Below, in pieces: positions 1-8,851 of a DNA stretch of 64,000 nucleotides. Both the position numbers and the translations under genes were made by a program. Source of the stretch: Bdellovibrionota bacterium (lineage in GTDB: Bacteria; Bdellovibrionota; UBA2428); NCBI GenBank assembly GCA_044347615.1, contig JBIKUK010000002.1, positions 128,309-192,308 of the forward strand, given 5' to 3'. Within the stretch, counting starts at the first letter, position 1; each line of letters opens with the position of its first letter. Under the pieces are notes generated by a model. It saw only the letters and a list, made by a program, of their open reading frames with translations, had not been told where the DNA came from and ran no database searches.

Positions 1-1363
1 GTGGAACGATAAGTGATGGAAAGACGAGTGTAGATTTTAGTGCAGGAGCATGTGGAGCAACTGTAACAGCTACGTGGAGTGCTGAGGTAAATGTGAGCAC
101 GTTGCGAGATGGCTTGGTGACGGTGAATGCGAGCCAAGAGGATGCAGCGGGTAATGTGGGGCATGCAACAGCGCAGGTAGTGGAGAAAGATGTAGTCGCA
201 CCTGTTGTGAGGATAGGAAGTTTGGACGTTATAAGTACATCGAATGAGGGCACTTACACAGTAAGTGGAACATGTAGTGTAGGCGATGGAAACGTAACTG
301 GAAAGTTGGCTGATGATGATTCAACACATGATGTGCCAATCGATGCAACATGTGATGCAGCAGGAGAGTGGACAGAAGAGTTAGTTGTAAGTGGATTGGA
401 TAATGATTCGATCACAGTGACAGCAAGTCAGACAGATGCAGCCGGGAACGTGGGGAATGCAGCAGAGAAGCAAGTGGAGAAGGATTCTGGGTTGCCAACA
501 TTAACGATCACAACGCCTGCAGAGACGAAAGTTAATAAAGCAAATTACACAAGTTTCGATGTAACAGGCGAGTGTACAGAATCAGGACAAGATGTGGTAG
601 TGAGTGCAGACGATGGAACGACGTTGAAGTACGGAGACATGACAGTGAAGTGTATGGGTTTAATTTGGATAGCGAATTTAAATTTTACAGGCACAGATTC
701 AACATCGGTTACAATCTTGGTGAATCATTCGGATGCTTCGGGGAACGCGGCAGAGGAAAAGGATGCAACGTTTGGTTTCGATATCGTAGATCCAGAGGTT
801 ACGATGAGTACTTTAGCAATTATCAATAACACAAACACGTTAACGTATCCGGTGAGTGGGGCATGCGAAGGCGATGGTGAAGTAAGTGGAACGATAAGTG
901 ATGGAAAGACGAGTGTAGATTTTAGTGCAGGAACATGTAATTTAAGTGCATGGAGTGCTGAGGTAAATGTGAGCACGTTGCGAGATGGCTTGGTGACGGT
1001 GAATGCGAGCCAAGAGGATGCAGCGGGTAATGTGGGGCATGCAACAGCGCAGGTGGTAGAGAAAGATGTAGTCGCACCTGTTGTGAGGATAGGAAGTTTG
1101 GACGTAATAAGTACATCGAATGAGGGCACTTACACAGTAAGCGGAACATGTAGTGTAGGCGATGGAAACGTAACTGGAAAGTTGGCTGATAGTGCTACTC
1201 CAGCAAATACGGTACCAATCGATGCAACATGTGATGCAGCAGGAGAGTGGACAGAAGAGTTAGGTGTAAGTGGATTGGATAATGATTCGATCACAGTGAC
1301 AGCAAGTCAGACAGATACAGCCGGGAACGTGGGGAATGCAGCAGAGAAGCAAGTGGAGAAGGA
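1..1363 (+). repeat. Near-identical tandem direct repeat with an 876-bp (292-aa) unit. The window holds at least 1.5 copies plus a partial copy at its edge.
   Basis: Bases 1-92 match 888-968 apart from a 9-nt indel. Bases 93-487 match 969-1363 almost base for base: VSTLRDGLVTVNASQEDAAGNVGHATAQV... occurs twice. The copies diverge at 487 and 1363. Confidence 0.85.
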
Positions 1364-2594
1364 TTCATCTGTTTTAGTTTCTTTAGATAATTCAAACGAC
1401 AATCCAACGGGCTTTGGTGCAGGAACAAAATCAAACGTAACTTGGGATCCTGCTAATAGTTATCTCAAGCTCTCTGAAAACAAATCAAGTGGTCTTTTCA
1501 CATCAAGAGTTATGGATTACAAAAGCGCTCATCAATGGCTGGGTCTTACGTGGAAGACAACGATGCCTTTTGGAAAAGAATTAACCACTGAAAGTGAAGT
1601 TGTTGAAGATTATTCAGGAATTGAAGCTAACTTGATGGATAACGTTGTTGCTATCTGGCACATGAATGACTTGCTAGGTTCGACGACAGCAACTGATAGT
1701 ACAATCAGTGGGAATAACTTAAACATCAATGGAGACATCTTTCTTGAGGAGAGTGGAAAGTTTTCAAAAGCAGCAAGAATATATGATGGATATTTTAGTG
1801 TTGCAGATGCCGCTAATGCGTTTGTTCCTCTAGTTGCTGGTCAAAATACCTTCACAATTCAAGCATGGGTCAAGCCTGATTATGCAAGCACACTAAGTGG
1901 AACAGAGAAAATTATATTAGAGCATAAGTTTACTACTGGAATTTCTTATTACTTAGGTTTGGAAGAAGGAAAACCCGTGTTTAAGGTTTACAATGACGAT
2001 ATTACGCCTGTTGAAACTAAAATCATTTCTATGTCTAAACTTGTTTATGGAAAATGGGCCCAAGTCGTTGCCACTTTTGATGGTACAAAAGTTGAATTGT
2101 TCGTGAATAGTGTCTCAAAAGCTAATGATAGTACTTTTACTGGTTCTATCCAAGCTGGAGCTGGTGGTACTCTTTATGTCGGTGGTGATAATACAAGTAC
2201 AAAGAATTTTGTTGGATATATTGATGAGGTTGCACTTTGGGATGAGGCACTTAGTGAAGATAAAATTACTCAGCTTTATAGACGCGGAGTGAATAGAATT
2301 AACTTTCAAGTAAGAGGTTGCAGTAACTCTTCGTGCTCTGGTGCAGGTTGGGTAGGGCCTGACGGAACAAGTGCAAGTTATTTCTCAGAGTTGAATAATA
2401 ACGATGCATTTGATCTAGGAACTCTTGATCCTTTGGGTGATGTTTTAACAGATTTCCCAGCGTTCTCTTTTGCAGATTATTTAGATGCGGGATTAAGCGC
2501 AATCAATACTCAATACATTCAATACAGAGCAATTTTTCAGACAGATGACTTAACTTTCTCTCCAGAGCTTAAGAGTGTAGAGATCGTACAGTAG
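1..2594 (+). CDS. Large repetitive surface protein, 5'-truncated by the window edge. It has Bap-like bacterial Ig-like repeats followed by a C-terminal LamG/concanavalin-like domain.
   Basis: The reading frame is open from position 3 with no upstream stop. The ORF track begins at GTG 93, but the same frame translates bases 3-92 as a repeat copy (GTISDGKTSVDFSAG...). Subdomains of ~95 aa each end in the TASQ(T/E)DAAGNVG motif typical of Big_3/Bap-type repeats. The C-terminal ~350 aa contains ...YVGGDNTSTKNFVGYIDEVALWDEALS..., which is LamG/ConA-like. The product is Thr/Ser/Gly/Asp-rich and extracellular in character. Confidence 0.7.
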   Translation, partial: GTISDGKTSVDFSAGACGATVTATWSAEVNVSTLRDGLVTVNASQEDAAGNVGHATAQVVEKDVVAPVVRIGSLDVISTSNEGTYTVSGTCSVGDGNVTGKLADDDSTHDVPIDATCDAAGEWTEELVVSGLDNDSITVTASQTDAAGNVGNAAEKQVEKDSGLPTLTITTPAETKVNKANYTSFDVTGECTESGQDVVVSADDGTTLKYGDMTVKCMGLIWIANLNFTGTDSTSVTILVNHSDASGNAAEEKDATFGFDIVDPEVTMSTLAIINNTNTLTYPVSGACEGDGEVSGTISDGKTSVDFSAGTCNLSAWSAEVNVSTLRDGLVTVNASQEDAAGNVGHATAQVVEKDVVAPVVRIGSLDVISTSNEGTYTVSGTCSVGDGNVTGKLADSATPANTVPIDATCDAAGEWTEELGVSGLDNDSITVTASQTDTAGNVGNAAEKQVEKDSSVLVSLDNSNDNPTGFGAGTKSNVTWDPANSYLKLSENKSSGLFTSRVMDYKSAHQWLGLTWKTTMPFGKELTTESEVVEDYSGIEANLMDNVVAIWHMNDLLGSTTATDSTISGNNLNINGDIFLEESGKFSKAARIYDGYFSVADAANAFVPLVAGQNTFTIQAWVKPDYASTLSGTEKIILEHKFTTGISYYLGLEEGKPVFKVYNDDITPVETKIISMSKLVYGKWAQVVATFDGTKVELFVNSVSKANDSTFTGSIQAGAGGTLYVGGDNTSTKNFVGYIDEVALWDEALSEDKITQLYRRGVNRINFQVRGCSNSSCSGAGWVGPDGTSASYFSELNNNDAFDLGTLDPLGDVLTDFPAFSFADYLDAGLSAINTQYIQYRAIFQTDDLTFSPELKSVEIVQ

Positions 2595-2613
2595 TAGTTT
2601 TTAGAAAGTTTTT

Positions 2614-4476
2614 TTAGTGAGTTAATGATTTTACGGTCACAAAAACAACGGCTGCGGCAGCATAGGCGATCACAGTCATACCGATAAAAACATAAACAGG
2701 AATCTTGGCAGATCCTGTTTCTTTTTTCATAACGGCTAGTGTCGACACGCATTGCATTGCGAGTGAATAAAACACAGCAAGAGCTAAAGCGCTCGCCAAA
2801 GTCACGCCACTTGCTTGTAACTTCTGAGCAAGGCTAGAAGTATCTCCCTCAACAGAGTCAATTCCATAAAGAGTTCCCAGTGTGCCTACAAAAACTTCTC
2901 GTGCCAGAAACGAGGTCAAAACGGCAACACCTACTTTCCAATCCATTCCCATAGGAGTGAAAAGGGGCTCTATCCATTTGCCAATTCTTCCCAGCCAAGA
3001 CGTGTCTAGGTGACCTGCGTGATCGGGAAAGTATCCCAAAAACCAAATCACTACCGTCACACTAAAAATCATAAAGCCTGCGTTTTGTACAAATCCAAAA
3101 GTTCTATTGAGAGCGTGCATAACGATCGGGCGCCAGTTGGGCATGCGATAGGGTGGAAGTTCAATCACAAAAGGAGCATCGCCTAGCTGAGCTGTTTTTT
3201 TGGAAAGTGTTTTATCTAAGATGGCGCTAACAATGAGACCCATTACAATTCCAATTGCAAAGAGCATGAAAAAAGCAAAACCTTGCAATCCTACCGTTCC
3301 CCAGAGAATCGTGGTCGCCGGAACAAAGCCTCCTACAAGCATAGCGTAAACAGGAAGCCTTGCTGAGCAAGACATGAAAGGAGTGGCAATAATTGTGAGT
3401 AATCTCTTGCGGGGCGATTCAATTGTTCGGGCAGACATAATTGCGGGAATAGCGCAGGCGTGCCCAGAGAGCATAGTAACAAAACTTCTTCCTGATAGGC
3501 CAAATAAACTGAGTGGTTTGTGAAGAATAACTGCAGCTCGAGCAAGATACCCTGAGTCTTCTAAGAGTCCAATCACAATGAAAAGAATAAAGATCTGAGG
3601 AGCAAAAACTAAAAAAGATCCCAGTCCTGCAAAAAGCGCGTCTTTTATGAAATCAGAAAGTATTTCATTTGAAACATGAGTCGCAACCCATTGACCGCTG
3701 ACATCGAGAAAATCGTTTATACCCTCCATGAAGGGAGCGGCCCACGTAAAAATTGATTGAAAAAGAAAAAGCATCAGCGCTGCAAAAACAAGTGCGCCCG
3801 CCCAAGAAGAGAGAAAAAAATCGTCTAAGCGATGTTGGCTTTTTAAAAGAACATCGTTTTGAGGACCAAACTTTTTTGAGAGTTCATGCGCTTGTGCTTT
3901 GAGTTTTAAGATTTCTTCTTTAGTGTTGAGCGAGTTGAGTTCCAGATTTTTTAATTTCAAATCACTAGAGATTTTTCTCTTATCAAGAGAGAGACAAAGG
4001 TTTTTTAATTCTTTGAGACCTTTTCTTTTTTTGGCAGAGATACCTATAACAGGGCAATTGATTGCGTTGCTCAGCCCCTCGAGGTCCATCTTTATATTTT
4101 TTGTAATAATTTCATCGATCACGTTCACAGCGGCAATAACGGGACAGTTATATTTTTTTGAAACTTCAATGAGTTGAAGTAACAGATAAAGACTGCGCTC
4201 TAGCCTTGTGGCATCAAGAACACAGATAATGGCGCGAGTTTGTGGATCTGTAATGGCTTTTGTAAAACCTTCGATCGCTACTTTTTCATCTATTGTGAGA
4301 GCTTTCAGTGAATATGTTCCAGGAAAATCTTGAAAAATTAATCCATCTGCTTCGGCACTTAAAATTTCAACGGTCACTCCCGGAAAGTTTGCAACTTTTT
4401 GCTTAAGTCCCGTAAGCCTGTTGAAGAGCAGTGTTTTGCCAGAGTTAGGGTTGCCAAGAATGAGAACGTTTTCCAC
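2614..4476 (-). CDS. feoB: Ferrous iron transport protein B (FeoB). It has an N-terminal G-domain and a polytopic membrane domain.
   Basis: The N-terminus MENVLILGNPNSGKTLLFNRLTG carries a G1 P-loop. Hydrophobic membrane segments follow. The length of 620 aa is typical for FeoB. Confidence 0.9.
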   Translation of the reverse strand: MENVLILGNPNSGKTLLFNRLTGLKQKVANFPGVTVEILSAEADGLIFQDFPGTYSLKALTIDEKVAIEGFTKAITDPQTRAIICVLDATRLERSLYLLLQLIEVSKKYNCPVIAAVNVIDEIITKNIKMDLEGLSNAINCPVIGISAKKRKGLKELKNLCLSLDKRKISSDLKLKNLELNSLNTKEEILKLKAQAHELSKKFGPQNDVLLKSQHRLDDFFLSSWAGALVFAALMLFLFQSIFTWAAPFMEGINDFLDVSGQWVATHVSNEILSDFIKDALFAGLGSFLVFAPQIFILFIVIGLLEDSGYLARAAVILHKPLSLFGLSGRSFVTMLSGHACAIPAIMSARTIESPRKRLLTIIATPFMSCSARLPVYAMLVGGFVPATTILWGTVGLQGFAFFMLFAIGIVMGLIVSAILDKTLSKKTAQLGDAPFVIELPPYRMPNWRPIVMHALNRTFGFVQNAGFMIFSVTVVIWFLGYFPDHAGHLDTSWLGRIGKWIEPLFTPMGMDWKVGVAVLTSFLAREVFVGTLGTLYGIDSVEGDTSSLAQKLQASGVTLASALALAVFYSLAMQCVSTLAVMKKETGSAKIPVYVFIGMTVIAYAAAAVVFVTVKSLTH

Positions 4477-4489
4477 AAAATTCCCTTTT

Positions 4490-4762
4490 TTATTTGTTTT
4501 TCTGTTCGTTATCGGGATTGATCAGTTTAATTTTTTGAGCAATTTCGGTTTCCATTGAAAACACTGAGCCACATATTTCAAAGATTCGTGGCGCACCCAT
4601 GGGGGGGGTTTTTAAACACTTTACAAATTCACCCTCTCGAAAGCCGAGTTCTCTGAGTCTCATTGCATAGTCGTGAGAAAGTCGCGAGCTAAAAGAAAAA
4701 ATTTGACCTTCCTCATTTACCTTAAGGTCTAAGAGGGAGCGTGTTTTGGGGGAAGAGTTCAT
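4490..4762 (-). CDS. feoA: FeoA-like small protein
   Basis: This 90-aa ORF lies immediately upstream of feoB on the same strand. Its RLRELGFREGEFVKCL...GAPRIFEICGSVFSM region matches the FeoA SH3-like pattern (RL.ELG..G..V......G.P..I...G). Confidence 0.7.
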   Translation of the reverse strand: MNSSPKTRSLLDLKVNEEGQIFSFSSRLSHDYAMRLRELGFREGEFVKCLKTPPMGAPRIFEICGSVFSMETEIAQKIKLINPDNEQKNK

Positions 4763-4817
4763 GAGTGAGCTTTATGATTAATACAGCAGTGAGAAGGGTC
4801 AAATGAAAAAACTCAAA

Positions 4818-4838
4818 ATTGATAAGGGTTTTCATTTT
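4818..4838. promoter_or_regulatory. Candidate Fur box in the feoA-fur divergent intergenic region
   Basis: AATTGATAAGGGTTTTCATTTT partly matches the GATAATGATAATCATTATC consensus (about 11 of 19). It sits between the divergent feoAB and fur starts. Confidence 0.25.
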
Positions 4839-4876
4839 TCTTGCTTTAAAACTTAAGCTGTATCATAGATTGTTCA

Positions 4877-5407
4877 ATGCCTCGTAAAGCACCCCTGAAG
4901 GTTTCCTCGAGCCTTCTCCCTTGTGGAAGAGAGTCTGTGAGTGAATTAACTTGTGGGGATACAAACGAGCTTATTCTTCAAAAAAACCGTGAACGCCTTG
5001 AAAAGTTTGCTGCCGAAAACAAACTCAACGCCTCAGAAACTCGCGATAAAATTTTGGAAATTGTTTTCAAGCAAAAAAAACATTTTTCCATCCAAGGCAT
5101 GGTGGGCACAGTTCGCGAGGAATTTTCTGAGATTGGGTTTGCAACTATTTACCGAAGTGTCGCTCTTTTTTTGGAAGCAGAAATTTTAACTGAGGCTTTT
5201 ACAAATTCTAAGGGAATTACCTTTTACGAGCTTAATCGCGAAGTAGAGCACGATCATGTGCAGTGCTTGGATTGTCACAAAATTTTTGAATACCGCCTTC
5301 CAAAGGTAGATCTTCAAGTACGACGGACAGTCGCAAATTTGTCGTTTCGTGCTCCGGTTACTCGAAATGTAGTTTATGCTCATTGCGATTTGATAAAAAA
5401 CAAATAA
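4877..5407 (+). CDS. fur: Fur-family metalloregulator (Fur, Zur or PerR class). It has an ~45-aa N-terminal extension, or the true start lies further downstream.
   Basis: It carries the SETRDKILEIVF... winged-helix segment. Its HDHVQCLDCHKIFEY segment is the Fur HHH-x-C-x2-C metal-site signature. The gene is divergent from feoAB. Confidence 0.7.
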   Translation: MPRKAPLKVSSSLLPCGRESVSELTCGDTNELILQKNRERLEKFAAENKLNASETRDKILEIVFKQKKHFSIQGMVGTVREEFSEIGFATIYRSVALFLEAEILTEAFTNSKGITFYELNREVEHDHVQCLDCHKIFEYRLPKVDLQVRRTVANLSFRAPVTRNVVYAHCDLIKNK

Positions 5408-5469
5408 TTTACGCTCATCTGACAAGTTCCCATCACGAAGCTTTCTTGTAAGTTTAATAAAATAAAAGA

Positions 5470-6066
5470 GTGAAGATAGATCGAGATCTTTTTTCTAAAC
5501 TTTGCCAAAAGTATCCCACACCTCTTCGGGTGCAAAAATTTTTGCAATCTATTCCTTATAATAGTGAAGAAAATGGAGAAACTGTGCGCTCAGCTTACGC
5601 CGCTTTAGAGGCAAATAAAGTTCATTGTTTAGAGGCAAGTTTTATAGCGGCGGCAATCTTAGAGCATGCTCATTATCCTCCGATGGTGATGAGTTTAGAA
5701 AGCCAGGACGGGTTGGATCATGTTTTGTTTTTGTATAAAGAAAAATCAGGCTGGGGCTCGGTCGCTCGATCGCGTGATGCGGGCCTAGAGGGAAGACGTC
5801 CTGTTTTTAAATCTCTTAAGGCTTTGGCTGCCTCTTACATAGATCCCTATGTGGATGGAACAGGACGCGTAACAGGATATGGCATTGCTAGTTTTCACGA
5901 GGTACAGGCTGATTGGAGATTTTCAAAAAGAAATCTTTGGAGCGTTGAAAATTATTTGATCGAGCTACCTCATAAAAAAATAAATTGTTCAGAAAGTCGC
6001 TATCAAAAACTTTTGAAGCGTTTTGAGCTCGGACTTGCTCCTTTGCGTCGGCCACATTGGCTTTAA
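5470..6066 (+). CDS. Hypothetical protein with possible Cys/His/Asp transglutaminase-like or papain-like residues
   Basis: This 198-aa ORF has no signal peptide. A Cys in HCLEASFIAAAIL is followed by LDHVLFLY, which suggests a Cys-His core. This is not a confident family assignment. Confidence 0.4.
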   Translation: MKIDRDLFSKLCQKYPTPLRVQKFLQSIPYNSEENGETVRSAYAALEANKVHCLEASFIAAAILEHAHYPPMVMSLESQDGLDHVLFLYKEKSGWGSVARSRDAGLEGRRPVFKSLKALAASYIDPYVDGTGRVTGYGIASFHEVQADWRFSKRNLWSVENYLIELPHKKINCSESRYQKLLKRFELGLAPLRRPHWL

Positions 6067-6213
6067 ATGTAAATTCATTTTCACGACCCGTTTAATTCAT
6101 CTTTGGCTTTTCTTTAAGTGACAAAAAACGGCATTGGGGTGTGAATGTTGTGTACATTAAAAACCTTAAAAATCATGCACATAGAGGCTTTTTCATAGGA
6201 GATAATAAGAGCT

Positions 6214-7449
6214 ATGAAAAAGATATTTATGAATAAAACCCTTTCCCTATTAACCCTTTTTACGTGCTTTTTTGTTGTGCAAAACTTAGAGGCAAAAGTT
6301 GCTGCCTCAAGAAATCAGCACACCCCTGATCGAAATTTGTATAGCGATTTGGATTCGGAATATATAGACACAATGGACCCAGAGCTTCGATCTGCTTCTC
6401 GTCCTGAGCTTGATCTTTTTGCCGGTATGGGTGAGTTCTCAGCCAATCAAGCATCAGTTTTAAGTATCGACGAACTGAAAAAAGATATTCGTGATTTAAA
6501 AATTAACATAGACGACACAAAAGGTGAGGTTACTCTTTTTGGAACAATCCCTGTCGTATGTAGTCAACATCTGGCCGTTGAGGCAGTAAGGCCTTCAGCA
6601 CTCACAGATGTTCGTGTTGGATTTAGAATTTCTGATCTTACAGGTGCTGGGCGAGCTTGTTTAGTAAAATCACGCGGCAAAACTTGTGACGCTCTTGGCG
6701 GATGTGTTTCTTTTGAAGAGTTAATGGAAGAAGATTCTTCTCGTATTCAATCTAAGTTTCGCTTACCTGATTATAAGACAAGACGTTTCGTTGTTTCTGT
6801 TCAAACTCGAGTTCTTGATAAATCACGAAGTGTTTTATCGTGGGCAGATTATGGACAGGTTAATACGATTCGTTTCAAATCAAGGTCATCTGATGATGAA
6901 AGAAATTCCAGTACTTCTAGATTAGCAAGTGCAAGAGCTCACTCAGAAAAGGCTGAATTTCAAAACGAATATGCGCATACTTATATCGGAAAAAGAAAAT
7001 CTTCTCGGCCTTGCTCGGAAAATGTGGTTGATCAATTTGTGATCGCTCAACCCATGATGTCTCAACCCATGATGCCTCAGCCCTTTATGCAAGCTCCGAT
7101 GATGATGCCTCAACCACAAATGATTCCTCAGCAAAGATTCTTTCAGCCCATGATGCCACCCATGATGCCACCCATGATGCCACCTATGATGGCGCAACGT
7201 CCCCCGTTTTTTGCTCCTTCGATGATGCAGCCCCCAATGATTCGACCATTCCCACAAGTGTTTCCTCGTCCTCAAATGGTTATGCCTCCCTTCATGAATG
7301 GAGGATGTCCAACAGGTTGTATAGGTGGATTTCGTCCGGGAGTGATTCCTCCAAACTTTAATCAGACGTTACCTGCAATTAGATATCCACAAATGAATTT
7401 TCCTCGAAATAACTTGCAGTTATCTTTGAATGCAAACTTTGGAGTGTAA
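6214..7449 (+). CDS. Secreted protein with a Met/Pro/Gln-rich low-complexity C-terminal region
   Basis: There is a signal peptide (MKKIFMNKTLSLLTLFTCFFVVQNLEA). The region PMMSQPMMPQPFMQAPMMMPQPQMIPQQRFFQPMMPPMMPPMMPPMMAQRPP... is Met-rich. It resembles the Mets motifs of periplasmic Cu(I)-binding proteins, but that is only a resemblance. Confidence 0.6.
   Translation: MKKIFMNKTLSLLTLFTCFFVVQNLEAKVAASRNQHTPDRNLYSDLDSEYIDTMDPELRSASRPELDLFAGMGEFSANQASVLSIDELKKDIRDLKINIDDTKGEVTLFGTIPVVCSQHLAVEAVRPSALTDVRVGFRISDLTGAGRACLVKSRGKTCDALGGCVSFEELMEEDSSRIQSKFRLPDYKTRRFVVSVQTRVLDKSRSVLSWADYGQVNTIRFKSRSSDDERNSSTSRLASARAHSEKAEFQNEYAHTYIGKRKSSRPCSENVVDQFVIAQPMMSQPMMPQPFMQAPMMMPQPQMIPQQRFFQPMMPPMMPPMMPPMMAQRPPFFAPSMMQPPMIRPFPQVFPRPQMVMPPFMNGGCPTGCIGGFRPGVIPPNFNQTLPAIRYPQMNFPRNNLQLSLNANFGV
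7147..7194 (+). repeat. 12-nt tandem repeat, with 3 perfect and 1 degenerate copies, encoding PMMP units
   Basis: The sequence reads cccatgatgcca x3, then cctatgatggcg. Confidence 0.6.
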
Positions 7450-7455
7450 TTTAAG

Positions 7456-8457
7456 TTATTGATCGCAGTCTGAAGCACCATAGAGATCTTTTATGAGCTC
7501 CTCTGTAGGAGAAGCGACATAAAAACTCTTTGGTGCTTTTGCCTTGTACTCGGGAGTAATCCATTTTGGGATTTGAATATCAAGGCTACCGCCATCGTCG
7601 TTTGTGAGCTCTGCTTCATCTGAAATCTTTTCAAGGAGTACTGCGAGAGAAGCTGCTCCGTCAGCCATTCTTCGTTTGGCAATTTTTAACAAAGCGGCAG
7701 AGCCTTTTGCACCTCTCCCAAGATTGAGATCTGTAGAAATAAGTGTTTTATGTTCGTTATAGGCTCGAGTGATTTCTTCAAATGCAAAATCTAGAGGGCT
7801 AAGCGAATGAAGCTTCTCAAAGAGAGGGCTAGCAAGAATAACTTTTGCTTGATCGCTGACGTCAGCAATTAACTCTTCAGTGTCGGTATTTTCAAGGTTG
7901 ATTGTTTCAAAAAACTTATGAATTCCAGGATTGTCTGTTTGTTTTCCGTCGTAATTTTGTGAAACGTGAAGAGGTTGCGAAATATCACCCACATAGTGAG
8001 ACATAACACCGGCCATTTGCAGTCCTTTGAGGAAATTTTTTCTTTTAAGAGCTGCCACGGAAGCTTCATAAAATTGATTGATTCTCCAAGTTGCAGTTCC
8101 ATTTGATAGAACTGTCTTTTCGCTATATTTGCGGGTTGCTTCTGAAAAAATTCTTGGAAAGTTTTGAAATTGGTTAGAGTTTTTAATGTAGGCGTCTATT
8201 TCAAACCAATGAGTGGGTTTTTCGATAAAAGCACCGGGGCCACTTTTCCAGTATTGATCGGGAACATTTGTAAGTTTACCCATGTTGCTTGCGTTTGATC
8301 TCCAGAATGCGCCATTTTTTCGAACAATTTTTGAAGCAACTGTTGCGACAGTCCGATGACCAAGGCTTCCCCATGCTTGGGCTTGTTTCAAGTGTGCAGT
8401 AAATCCAAAAACAAAGATTAATAGGCAAATTAAATTTTTTTTCAAAGATTTACTCAT
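7456..8457 (-). CDS. Secreted S1/P1-family nuclease
   Basis: A signal peptide is followed by WGSLGHRTVATVA. This matches the conserved S1/P1 N-terminus (WG..GH..VA.IA). The length of 333 aa is typical. Confidence 0.85.
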   Translation of the reverse strand: MSKSLKKNLICLLIFVFGFTAHLKQAQAWGSLGHRTVATVASKIVRKNGAFWRSNASNMGKLTNVPDQYWKSGPGAFIEKPTHWFEIDAYIKNSNQFQNFPRIFSEATRKYSEKTVLSNGTATWRINQFYEASVAALKRKNFLKGLQMAGVMSHYVGDISQPLHVSQNYDGKQTDNPGIHKFFETINLENTDTEELIADVSDQAKVILASPLFEKLHSLSPLDFAFEEITRAYNEHKTLISTDLNLGRGAKGSAALLKIAKRRMADGAASLAVLLEKISDEAELTNDDGGSLDIQIPKWITPEYKAKAPKSFYVASPTEELIKDLYGASDCDQ

Positions 8458-8851
8458 TTATCCCCCCGATTGTTAAGAGTCACAGGAGTTATTCTAGTGA
8501 GGATCCGTGAACAAAAACTTAAGTTTTTCTTAATTAAAGAATTTGGGAAAAGATTCTGACAAAGCGTCCCGCTTCTCATAGGAGAAGCTTGAGAGGGGCA
8601 TTTTTTTTAGACGTATAAAGATTTTGAATTTTTTTAAAAACAAAAGTTAATGCTCAAATACTTAAAATAAATTTTTATTTCTAATTTTTCTTTTATCTCA
8701 ACAGTTTTTGTGAGCGTTTTTTTGACGATTTTTTGTTCTTTGTTTTTGTTTTCAAACACAATCAAATTTTGATTGTTAAATTTATGTAAAGATTTTTCAG
8801 CTCTCCTCCGAACTCCTGAATGTGACGGGTTCACAAACTTAGGAGGGGGAG

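Noticed and set aside
572-1149. ORFs 572..829 (+), 725..1129 (-) and 922..1149 (-) inside the adhesin gene
   Set aside because: They are alternate-frame or antisense readings of the highly repetitive adhesin coding sequence. Their Arg/Cys/His-rich or Pro/Ser-rich composition is an artefact of the repeat DNA.
6943-7275. His/Trp-rich minus-strand ORF (HHRWHHGWHHGWHHGL...) that looks like a metal-binding peptide
   Set aside because: It is the antisense reading of the CCCATGATGCCA repeats encoding PMMPPMM in the 6214..7449 gene. It has no independent start context or signal.
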